The notes under the pieces were generated by a model. It saw only the letters and a list, made by a program, of their open reading frames with translations, was not told where the DNA came from and did no database searches. From positions 124,001 through 188,000 of the forward strand of contig JAPEUD010000021.1 of assembly GCA_026026165.1 (NCBI GenBank): a DNA stretch of 64,000 bases, in the 5' to 3' direction. Made by a program: the position numbers and the translations under genes. This DNA is from Sarea resinae (Eukaryota). Below, piece by piece: positions 12,260 to 23,000 of this stretch. Position 1 is the stretch's first letter; each line of letters starts with the position of its first letter.

Positions 12260-13918
12260 ATGGCCGTCGAAGTCACCGAGAAGAGCCCGCTGGCTGAGGC
12301 GCTCAACAATGTCGTTCAGCCAAAGCTCGTCGAGGTCGGATGGAGTACGGGTGGGCTGGATGATTCTGCTTTGTCGGAATATATCATTCTCATGCTGGTA
12401 AACGGCAAGACCCAGGACCAGATCGCCGCCGAACTTTCCAACGACCTCCTCAACCTTGGGCCGGACGATTCTGGAGCTGTTGACTTCGCACGATGGCTGT
12501 TCGAGCAGGTGGAATCTCTGAACAATCAGATCAACGGCGGGGCTGCCCCGCAGACGTCGGCTGCTGCCGATGCCGTGGAAGGTGCCCCATCAGGTCCACG
12601 CGATTCGATGCAGGAGGACGGGTCAGCTTTTGGACAAGATGAAGGCTCTGCGGGCCAGGATGCCGAGATGGGAGATGCGGCGGGTGCTGCTCAGCCAGGG
12701 AACATGTATGTGATGAAAATACCGGTATTGAGGGATCGACTAACACTCATTCATAGTCCTACAGGGCCAAAGTCTATGCGCAACGGCAAAAATGGCGGCA
12801 GACGCCTCATCGGTCAACTATCAAAAGCCATGGATCGTACCAGCGATGCTGCGCTGCACCGCGTTCGAGGTCAGCAGGGTACCGAGAGGATCAACAGCCA
12901 TCGAGAGCCACCAAAGGGACCGCGGAGCAACATGGGCCGTGGGCAGAGATTACCAAATGGAAGGCCTTCTGGCGGCATGATGAACGGCCCCATGCCCGGT
13001 AACGGGCCGCCTGGCAATTTCATGCACATGTCCCCACAACAGCAGATGCAGCTATTCGCCATGTATGAAGAACAGGCTCGGATGATGTCGCAAATCCTCT
13101 CCCCTCAACAACAGCAACAGATGTTCATGCCGCCGGGTATGGGCGCGCCTGAGATGAATCCGGGTTTTCAGAATGGCTTCCCTCCACAGCAGCAGCAACC
13201 CGGCCGATCGCTATTTGACCGAGTTGAGACCAAACCCCAGAGACCGCACGGAGGATTCAACAAGCGATACGAAAGAAACGCGCCGAGTCAGGGCAATGAA
13301 GGTCAGGCAATGGACATGGGTGACGAGCAAGCATCCTCCATGGAAGTCGACAAGACCGCGGACGAGCCATCGTCCGACACCGTTTGCAGGTTCAATCTGT
13401 CATGTACGAAGAAGGATTGCCGGTTTGCACATCAGTCGCCTGCTGCCCCACCCGGTACTACGATAGACGTCAACGACGAGTGCCCTTTCGGTGCCGCCTG
13501 CAAGAACAAGAAATGCGTCGCTCGCCATCCCTCTCCCGCCCAAAAAATGTCCCATCAAGCAGAGCAGGACTGCAAATTCTATCCCAATTGCACCAATCCC
13601 GTTTGCCCTTTCCGCCATCCATCAATGCCCATCTGCCGCTTCGGTGCAGACTGTACCCGGTCGGACTGCAAATTCACCCATGTCAAGACGATGTGCAAAT
13701 ACAATCCCTGCTTAAACCCCGTCTGCCCGTTCAAGCATGCCGAGGGACAGAAGAGGGGGGCTTTTGGAGACAAGGTGTGGACGGCCGATGGCGAGAAAGA
13801 GGAACCGAAGGAGCACGTGAGCGAAAGGAAGTTCGTTACGGAGGAAGGGGAGGAGGAGGAGTTGATCGTTCCCGGGGCGTCTCAAGAGTCGAATATCGGC
13901 ACGGAACTTGTGACCTGA
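12260..13918 (+). CDS. NAB2: Nuclear poly(A) RNA-binding protein Nab2/ZC3H14 (intron 12706-12756)
   Basis: N-terminal PWI-like segment LSEYIILMLVNGK and five tandem CCCH zinc fingers, e.g. CKFYPNCTNPVCPFRH. Confidence 0.9.
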   Translation: MAVEVTEKSPLAEALNNVVQPKLVEVGWSTGGLDDSALSEYIILMLVNGKTQDQIAAELSNDLLNLGPDDSGAVDFARWLFEQVESLNNQINGGAAPQTSAAADAVEGAPSGPRDSMQEDGSAFGQDEGSAGQDAEMGDAAGAAQPGNMYVMKIPVLRDRLTLIHSPTGPKSMRNGKNGGRRLIGQLSKAMDRTSDAALHRVRGQQGTERINSHREPPKGPRSNMGRGQRLPNGRPSGGMMNGPMPGNGPPGNFMHMSPQQQMQLFAMYEEQARMMSQILSPQQQQQMFMPPGMGAPEMNPGFQNGFPPQQQQPGRSLFDRVETKPQRPHGGFNKRYERNAPSQGNEGQAMDMGDEQASSMEVDKTADEPSSDTVCRFNLSCTKKDCRFAHQSPAAPPGTTIDVNDECPFGAACKNKKCVARHPSPAQKMSHQAEQDCKFYPNCTNPVCPFRHPSMPICRFGADCTRSDCKFTHVKTMCKYNPCLNPVCPFKHAEGQKRGAFGDKVWTADGEKEEPKEHVSERKFVTEEGEEEELIVPGASQESNIGTELVT

Positions 13919-14580
13919 TGCGGTTCGAGTGATGAGCATGGTGGATTGGACCTGGCACACAAATCATCTTGGACAGCCTTGGCGGCTCGTCACTTTGCGT
14001 CGTCACATTTTGCGATGCAAGCGCCCTGTATCATCTTTTCTGTTCTCTTTTCTTTGACGGTAGGGGGGATATGGCGTTTGTGTGGGAGATGTGTTCCTTG
14101 AGACTCTCCAGCCGTCAGGGCTCAGGATTGGTATGAAAGCAGATTGAATCTGTTGAGCGTATAGTAATTCTACGATCAACCCTACCCAACAATCTCAATG
14201 GCTGCACCCATTCCATTTGTGGACTGTCGCTGTGCTGCCGCCTCTGTGGTGGTCTGGAACCCCAGTCGCGTGGGCCTATATCGTAAGACTGCTCGTCATA
14301 TATCTCTACTCCGTACTCCGGAGTAGTAATGGTCATGGATCGCACCCATACGAGTACTCCCGAGTATCTGCGTATCTGCGTAAGGGCGAGAGGAGACGGC
14401 ACTTGCCGCCGATCTGGAGAGACCAAACTACTACGTACTTCAGTAGACCTTACACAACTCTAAATAATTATATGGACCCTACTCTCGGAGGACATGAATA
14501 TGAGCGCATGATAGTGAACCGTTCACTCATCATTTCAGGGGCAATTGTTGCCATTGTTGCCATCGTGGAATACTGCGGCG

Positions 14581-16453
14581 ATGCGTTTGACCAGTCGCCA
14601 AAACGCTCTCGAGCTTCTCCTCAAGCAGTGTTACTCGACGCCAAGATGCTGTACCCAACGGAGAGCCCGTTCCTACGCCACTGCAGCTTCGGGTAGAGGA
14701 GATGGCAAAGACATTGCCGTTCTCGGCGGAGGCATCACCGGCCTATCGACCGCATACTATCTTTCCAAGGCCCTTCCGAGAGCCAACATCACTCTTTACG
14801 AGGCCAGCGAGCGCTTAGGAGGATGGATGGACACGAAGAGGGTGGAAGTGGGAAATGGCACAGTGTTGCTCGAGCAAGGGCCCCGAACTCTACGACCCGC
14901 TGGCATCGCCGGCCTTGTCACGCTTGACTTGGTATGTTGATTGAAGAGTTTGAGTATTGGGGTCGTTGCGCTAACCGTGCTGGTTGGCAGATCTGCAAAT
15001 TGGGAATAGAAGACGAGGTTCTGGTGACAAAGAAAGATTCGGTGTCGGCTCAAAATCGCTTCATATATTATCCCGACCATCTTGTGCGAATGCCAGGGCC
15101 TGGGATGAGCATGGGGGAACTCGTCAAGACGGCCCTCTTGGAGCCAGTCATGAGGGGCTCGACCCCGGGCGTCTTCGGCGAGTTCATGCGCGATCAAGTC
15201 CCCGTTGAGCCGGGCAAAGGCGTACAGACAGACGAGAGCATCGGATCCTTTATCTCCCGACGACTGAATAAGAGCATGGCGGACAACCTAGTCTCAGCGG
15301 TCATGCATGGTATCTACGCGGGCGACATCTATCAATTGAGTGCAAAGAGCATCTTGCCGACGCAATGGCATCTCGAGAAACGATACGGTAGCATTACTAT
15401 GGGCATGATGCAGGCATTTCGGAAACAGATGATTTTCATGCCGGAGAGAGATGCGCATCTTCATGTGGCTTTTTCGCGGACTAAACTCAGCCCGCTGCTC
15501 AGGGACAAGATGAAGGACGCCAGCGTTTATACCTTCAAGGGCGGGCTGGAGCAACTCTCTGTGAGTTTGGCGAAGGCGATAGCGAACGCGCCAAACGTCA
15601 CTACCAAGACCAATCATAGCATCAAATCTCTCACTTACGACCTCCAAAGAAATGGCGGCATCAAGGTATGATCATCCATGTTCCACTCTAGATATCTCAT
15701 CACTAATGCGAGTCAACACAGCTGACCACAACGCGCAATCAACCGCCAACCTCCCACACGCACGCCATCTCGGCCCTCCCATCCTCCACCCTCGCCTCCA
15801 TAACCAGCACCCCCACCACTAACATCCTCCCCTCCCTCTCTGCCACCCCGTCCGTAACAGTCATGGTCGTAAACCTCTACTACACATCACCCTACACGCT
15901 CCCCGTGCACGGCTTCGGCTACCTTCTCCCGCGCTCGATCCCTCTCGAGCAGAATCACGAACGCGCCCTCGGCGTCGTATTCGACTCGGACGCCGTAAGC
16001 GGGCAAGACACAGCCACGGGCACGAAACTGACGGTGATGATGGGCGGGCACTGGTGGGACAACTGGACGTCGTATCCGTCGCCGGACGAGGCCATCGAGA
16101 TGGCCCAGGCCGTCGTCGCGCGCCACCTGCACATCACCGAGCCAGCCGCCGTCACCTCGGCCGCCCTGCACCGCAACTGCATCCCGCAGTACACGGTCGG
16201 GCACGCGGAGCGCATGTCCAAGGCGCACCGCGAGCTGCGGCGCGAGTTCAAGGGCCGCCTGCGCGTCGTCGGCAACTCGTACACGGGCGTCGGCGTCAAC
16301 GACTGCGTGCGCGCGAGCTACGAGGTCGTCGATCGCTTGGCCAACGAGGTCGGGACTACCGAAGGCGAGGATCTCACGGGCTTGGACATGTTCGAGCGCG
16401 ATGCCTTGTGGGTGGCCGGCAGGATCCCCAAGGCCGTGGGCGAGGACGAGTGA
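14581..16453 (+). CDS. HEM14: Protoporphyrinogen oxidase (introns 14932-14990, 15666-15721)
   Basis: Mitochondrial-type presequence, FAD motif VLGGGITGL, EQGPRTLR, GIYAGD, GFGYLLP, CIPQYTVGH and GVGVNDC. Confidence 0.93.
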
Positions 16454-16555
16454 GTTGGTATTCGTGCGTATGGCGGGAGACGGCTCGGATGAGCACTAGA
16501 CGGGTAGTGAAACAAAAAAAAAAATTCAAAAAGAGATGGATGCTACCTTTGTCAG

Positions 16556-16590
16556 GCCGGTCGGTCGGTCGGTCGGTCGGTCGGTCGGTC
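16556..16590. repeat. (GGTC)n microsatellite in the HEM14 3' flank
   Basis: Direct tandem repeat. Confidence 0.9.
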
Positions 16591-17862
16591 CGGTGGGTTG
16601 GGTGCCGGGTTGGGATTGGGTGATCAGATCCAGGCGCGCCGGTATAGAAAGTGAGGACTTGTATCAAAAGAGAATATATATATACATATCAAAAGCATTA
16701 TTGTGATTCCAACAGCCGGAATCTCCTCAAAAATCTACGGGTTGATTTTGGGGTAGCCTCGGTAGAGATAAATGGAGAGGGAGAGGGAGAGGTAGACTAC
16801 TAGACCGTGGGGTCTGTAGGTAGATATCTAAGATATTCGTTGGTTTAGGTGTAGTGTAGTGACTGTAGTGAGTGTAGTAGCTCTCTTTACATGATTTCTC
16901 AAACGGGCATTGATTGCGTGGGTCTGATGGGTGACGGGGTTATTGTATATCTCTTTTGAATCTCTCTCCCTCTCTCTCTTTCTTCGCAAGGTATATACTC
17001 GTATAAGATGCTCCATCTATTTTCTGGGACCTTCATGTTCATGTTCATGTTCAAATTTGTGTATTCGTATCTGCTATACGGGCGTACCTAAGGTAGTAAG
17101 GTAGGTAGGTAAGGTAAGGTGTCTTAGTTTGATATCGAGGGCTCAGTTCACGTCTGCTAGCTTTTTCCTGCCTCCTACCCTCCTTCCTTCCTTCCTTCCT
17201 CTCTCTCCTTTCCCTTTTTTTCCACCGCCAAGAGGACGGTGGAGCAGTTGTCCGATGACGATGTCTTGTCCCGCGCCCTCAATTTCCTGGATTTCTTTTG
17301 TAGATCACGGCACACTTGGACGGAGCCAGCAGTCCTACTCTAGTTTTCTCTATGCACGGGTACGTGTGAGGTTCTGCACGTGTCTGAGCCTATGCTTCAG
17401 CGTTGGGTCGTTCTGCTTTGCTCTGCTCTGTTCTGCTGTGCTCTTAGGGCCCCGCTTGGCTGTGATGATGGGCGGAGTGGGGGAGTGACGCTGAGGACTG
17501 GGGAGCGATGCGGGTGCTGGAGTGGGTGGCGGGTTGGGGGGGAAGGGGAGGGGGTGGTAAGAATAGAGTGGATGTCGTTTTGAGAAGTGGTGCCAGGGCA
17601 GGAATGGGGGTGGGGTGCTGTATTGCCAGGACCACTGGTGGTTCGACGTCTTTAAATCAATCCGTCGGAGGCCGTGATGTGAAGAAGAGAGCAGAGAGCT
17701 CTCGAGATCCGCCTTTTTAGTTCTACTCGGTCATGTTAGTCTCAGACTCACACGAACCTCGCCTCATCGCGATGTGCGTTACGGACACTCACTCACCGAG
17801 GCTCTCCCATCCGTCGTTTCTAATGGCAGTCATAGAATATTTTTCATCTCCCACCCGTCCTC

Positions 17863-18573
17863 TCACCCAACCTTGTCCGTCTTCTTCTTCGATTCCCCTT
17901 CGGCATCGAAACCCAAGGCGTCGAGCTGCCGGATCAATTCGCTGATGCGGATGACTTTCTCGAACTGCTCTGGCAGCAGATTGGCGCCGCTGTCCTTTTT
18001 CTCCTTGAGCTCCCGCGCTTGTCGGAGTTTCTTGCGCAGCGTGCGGGCTTGTTTCTCTTTTTCGGCTTCGGGGTCGGTTGGCTCTGCTGGCTTGGCTTGT
18101 TCGTCTGGCTTGGCGGTTGTATCGGAGGCTGATTTCTTGACCTTAGTATTGGTCTTGGTGGGCTGGCCGTTGGTGATTGTAGAGACGGCACCGGCACTGG
18201 AACCGGCACTGGCGCCCGGACCCTCTTCCTCTCCTACTTCTCCCTCCGCCTCATCGCCGCCAGCCGTGCTATTCACAGCCCTAGCCTTCTTCCTCGCCTC
18301 CCTCCTCTTCGCGTTTTTCCCTCCCGCCGTAGCCTTGCCATCGTCGTCGTTCATGGCATCCGCGCCAGGAACACCGCCCGAGCCCCGCGTCTTCCATGCT
18401 TCGGCCGTGCGGTTCTTGTACACCTCCACGTCTTCCGGCGGCCGGTAGCCGGGACGTATCTTGATTTCCTTCCTGACGGAACCGTCGGGCCGCAGTGACG
18501 AGGGGATGTGTCGCTGGCCCGTGGGCGTGGTCAGGATGCCTGCCTTGGAAGGGGGTGGGGATGGTGCTGGCAT
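17863..18573 (-). CDS. PYM1: PYM/WIBG Mago-Y14-binding exon-junction-complex disassembly factor
   Basis: N-terminal IPSSLRPDGSVRKEIKIRPGYRP motif; C-terminal LRKKLRQARELKEK...LLPEQFEKV. Confidence 0.85.
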   Translation of the reverse strand: MPAPSPPPSKAGILTTPTGQRHIPSSLRPDGSVRKEIKIRPGYRPPEDVEVYKNRTAEAWKTRGSGGVPGADAMNDDDGKATAGGKNAKRREARKKARAVNSTAGGDEAEGEVGEEEGPGASAGSSAGAVSTITNGQPTKTNTKVKKSASDTTAKPDEQAKPAEPTDPEAEKEKQARTLRKKLRQARELKEKKDSGANLLPEQFEKVIRISELIRQLDALGFDAEGESKKKTDKVG

Positions 18574-18738
18574 GATGAGCAATGTAGACGCTACGATGAG
18601 CGGCCGTGAGACAATGGGGCTGTCTGTCGTCGTGATTGTGGGGGGAATCGTACTGAAGTCCAGCTGTGTCGAGAAATCAACAGAAGAGGTACGGGTGGCC
18701 GAGGACTCAGTCCAAAAGTTTCCCGATCGAGGTTTGAT

Positions 18739-18771
18739 TCACGTGACCCGAGTTGAAATCGCGAAGCCAAT
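18739..18771. promoter_or_regulatory. TCACGTGAC E-box (18739-18747) and CCAAT box (18767-18771) in the PYM1/QCR9 bidirectional promoter
   Basis: Both motifs are visible in a spacer of about 365 bp. CCAAT-binding (Hap) control of respiratory-chain genes is established; function here is inferred. Confidence 0.45.
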
Positions 18772-18939
18772 CACGGCTCGGTAATTTGTCGGGTCCAGAT
18801 CGAATCTCGGGAAGAGGAAGAGGAAGAACATGAACAAGAACAAGAAGAAGCTCCTTCATCGTCCAGCAACTCCACTCTTCGTCGTCTTCTTCCGCCGTTC
18901 GCATTGACTCAATCCCGTCAATCCCTTCATATCGTCGCA

Positions 18940-19376
18940 ATGGCAGGCGTAAGTCCTCTACAAAGTTCCCCCGTCACGGCCGAGGCTAACGTCTACATTC
19001 TAGATCTCTTCGAGCATCTACAAGCAAGTATCTCTGGTCGACGCACGCAGTGCCAGAGGGTCCTAACGGTCAAACAGCTTCGTGTTCCGGAAGAACCCAG
19101 TCTTCCTCGCTGCCATCTTCGGTTCCTGCCTGGCCTTCGAGATGTAAGCCCCCAACCAACATCCCCCCGGCGGCTCCGCATCGCCGAGAGACGCAAAGCT
19201 AATGGATCTCCTCTTCAAGAACCTTCGACACCGTTACCGATAGCGTCTGGGACTCTATGAACAAGGGCGTATGTTTCTCTGCATCTCCAAAGCGCCGGAT
19301 CTGATGGCTAACGTTGGAAAAGCGGCAATGGAAGGACATCCGGGCCCGATACATCCAGAACGAGGGCGAAGAGTAG
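18940..19376 (+). CDS. QCR9: Cytochrome bc1 complex subunit 9 (5 small exons; absent from the ORF track)
   Basis: Manual splicing gives MAGISSSIYNFVFRKNPVFLAAIFGSCLAFEITFDTVTDSVWDSMNKGRQWKDIRARYIQNEGEE*, containing the Qcr9 signature WDxxNKGRQWKDI. Confidence 0.92.
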
Positions 19377-20010
19377 GCGTGTCAGCGTGGGAAAAGCGAG
19401 CATGGTGGTGTTTTCAGCGATAGATTTGTATACGCAACGGCGAAAGACGCTTCAGTAGTGGCTGTATACTATTCAATCGGCATCCTTGTTCTTCCGCTCT
19501 ACCCGTGAAGACTGCAACGTAGCGGACGGATGCCTCAGCAGAGGGCAGCCGGGAAAGCTGTGATGTTGACTGTGGCTTCGATGATGGACCAATCTCAATT
19601 CTATCGAAATCTAAGAGATCTTTATTGCGTGCCGTGACGGTAATCGGAGGTTTATATCATAAGCGTAAGGCTCCAGCGATTATGGCCAGTCGGGAATCCC
19701 GTGGCGGCTATCGCAGCCATGGCCATCTACGTATCGGCCTGAAGCTCGCTCGCTTCGCAGCACTTCATCATCCAAACCTCAACCCAAGTTGTGCAAGTCC
19801 ATGACAACGCAAATAGCTGGATAGCTCCAACAACCTTCACCACGGCCCTTCGATTCGCAGCTCCAGCTTTCATTCACTTCAACGTCAGATCGCCAACTTC
19901 ACTTCGACCTCTCATTCAACCCGCACTTGAAGTCGGCCCAACCACAGCAGCAACACGCCCGACGGGCAACCCTGTCAATGATCAGCTTCTGAGCCATCGG
20001 CGTCACGGTT

Positions 20011-23000
20011 ATGATGCTCTCAGCTCTGGAGGAACATCTTTGCCGCACTCTACGAGATCTTCCCAAGACCCATGCCAACCGCTTCACCACCACTGCCAGT
20101 AATGTCCTCCTCGAAGCTCTGTTCCGATCACTTCGTGGCGACGATGTCTACACCCCACTCTTCTTCCCCCACGGCGCACCATCGAAGGTGACGGACAGCT
20201 GGAGCCTGCGCGATGCACAAGGAGCCATCGAAGGAGCGGAATACACTCCGGCAGCTCGGGGCAAACCATGCGGTCATATTTTCAAGAGTGGCGAGGCAAC
20301 ATATCGGTGTAAGACCTGTAGCATAGACGACACATGTGTGCTGTGCAGCAAATGCTTCGACTCCTCGGATCATACCGATCACATGGTCTACGTGAGCATA
20401 TCACCTGGCAACAGCGGGTGCTGTGATTGTGGAGATGCGGAAGCGTGGAGGCTACCTGTAAACTGTGCGATACATACGGTGGCGCCGGACAACCTCTCAT
20501 CGGCCTCTGGGGGGTTAGGACAAGGCACTCAGCTTCCCGACGACCTCGTGGAAACCATACGGATGACTGTGGGACGGGCGCTGGACTACCTCTGCGATGT
20601 CATATCATGTTCTCCAGAGCAACTGCGCTTACCGAAAACGAGGGAGAACATAGAGCTGGACGAAAGACTTTCTCGGCTTACATCAAAATGGTACGGGGGC
20701 GATGTGATCGAAGACGGTGATCCCGAATTCGCCTTGATCCTTTGGAACGACGAGAAGCATACGGTCACGGAGGTAGAGAATCAAGTGTCCAGGGCGTGCA
20801 AAGAGACTAGACAGTTTGGCAAGGATAAAGCCAATGAAACGAACGATATTGGCCGCAGCGTGATTACACACTCCAAGGACATCTCAAAACTCCTCGGAGT
20901 CGCCAAGATAATCGAAGAGATCAAGGTCACGGTTACCATACGGTCTTCCAGGGACACATTCAGGGAGCAGATGTGCGGAACCATCATCGAATGGCTTATG
21001 GATATTGCCGGGTGTAGCGTTGGCGGTGATCATGACATCCTGAGAAGAACCATATGCGAGGAGATGCTTAAATTGTGGCGTACGGGAAGCGAAGCTTCGA
21101 ACGCCGAGATTGGCAAAAAGGGTATCGATGACCACGAGAGGGATGAGACGACTCAGTTGAGGCGATTCGCCATGGCCCATACACTGCAAGCCGATCTCAT
21201 TGACATTGATGACGACGATGATGATGACGACGATGACGAGAACGACGACCAGAACGACAACGATGATGGCGAAGAGGACGAAGAGGACGACGGCGAGGAT
21301 GATGATGAGATGGATCTGGATGAGATGTTGGCTGGTGATCCGGATGGTGACCTAGACATGGATGCCGCTGATGATCCCGAGGACGAGACTGAAGTATCGG
21401 AGGCAACTTATGCCGGCTACCCACCACCTCCACCGCCACCTCCGCCGCCCCCAAGGCAGCGGGATCATGACCACACCCCGTCCGACTCTGAAAGTGGAGA
21501 GCCCTCTTTTCCAAGACACAGTTCTGTCATGGTAGAGATGAACATCCCGAAGACGCCTAACAACAAATCAAAAGCCGCTCGCCCGCCGAGACCTCCAAAA
21601 TACTGGCTCGAGAAGCCTGCTGGATACAACAGCAAGGAACCTCTACCGGTGTATGAGGATCTCTGGCAACGTGTTCGTTTGGATTGGATGGTCCTCTTCG
21701 ACCTCAGGATGTGGAAGAAGGCGCGAATCGATCTACGTGATTTGTATATCAGCACCGTCGTAACGATACCACAATTCAAGCGCATCCTCGGTCTCAGGTT
21801 TGCCGGTCTGTATACGACCCTTGCTCAGCTTTATCTCATTGCCGATCGAGAGCCAGATCACTCCATCATCAATCTGTCTCTACAAATGCTCACCACTCCA
21901 TCCATCACCGACGAAGTTGTTGAGCGCGGCAACTTCCTCACGAATTTGCTAGCAATTCTGTACACATTCTTGACTACCCGACAAGTGGGACATCCTCAGG
22001 ATTCAAATCCTTTGGCGACTCTAGCTTTCGACGCCGGATCGGTCACCAATCGGCGAATGTATCATTTCTTCATGGACCTCAAATATCTCTTTGGCTCTGA
22101 ACATGTGCAAGAGAAACTGCGCACCGAGGAGCGCTACACTTTGCAGTTCCTTGATCTCGTCAAGTTACATCAAGGTATCTGCCCCAATATCCGCGCTGTC
22201 GGAGAACACGTGGAGTATGAAACGGATGCGTGGATAAGCGCTTCTTTGATTACGCGCGAGATCAACAGGCTGTGCAGGCAATTTGCCGAATCTTTCAGAT
22301 GGCGCAGAGATGAAGATGACGGTGGCATCTCGAAAGCTATCCGACTAGCAGCGAAGATCACGATTCTCAATTCCATGGGTGCTGAGCGCAGACGATTCGA
22401 CCAAGCGGAAATCAAAGGGGAAACAAGATTCAAGCCTGTGAACGTGCTTGACTACGTGATGGATGGTGAAGAGCACTCTGAGCAGTTTCAAATCGTTGAC
22501 TTTGTGGTGGAAAGAGAGCCCATCAGTTTCCATCACGCCCTTCACTATACTCTTTCGTGGCTGATCGAATGTGGCAAGAGTATGCCCCGGGATCAGTTAC
22601 ATGGTCTGATGCTGTTCACGGCCCGAGAGCTGCGAGAACCACCGCCTTCCAAGCTTTCAGTTCCGGACCGAGATCCCGAGAGCTATCTACTCGCACTATT
22701 TGATTTCCCGCTGAGAGTCTGCGCCTGGCTTGCCCAGATGAAAGCTGGTATGTGGGTCCGCAACGGACTCAGCCTTCGCCATCAGATGTCGACCTATCGA
22801 GGGGTTTCACAGCGAGATGTGGCCCATCATCGTGACATCTTCCTCATGCAGGCTGCGCTGGTGATATGTGATCCCACTCGCGTACTGGCTTCCATGATTG
22901 ATCGATTCCACATGAACGAATGGATGAAGGGTGTATACAGGGTTCCGCCGGGCTATGAGGATGTTCAGATTGTGGATGTTGCTGAAGATTTCATACATCT

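Noticed and set aside
12706..12756. Stop-free 3n introns (NAB2 51 nt; JHD1 51220-51267, 48 nt) read through in the ORF track
   Set aside because: They have canonical donor, branch and acceptor signals; short 3n introns without stops are common by chance.
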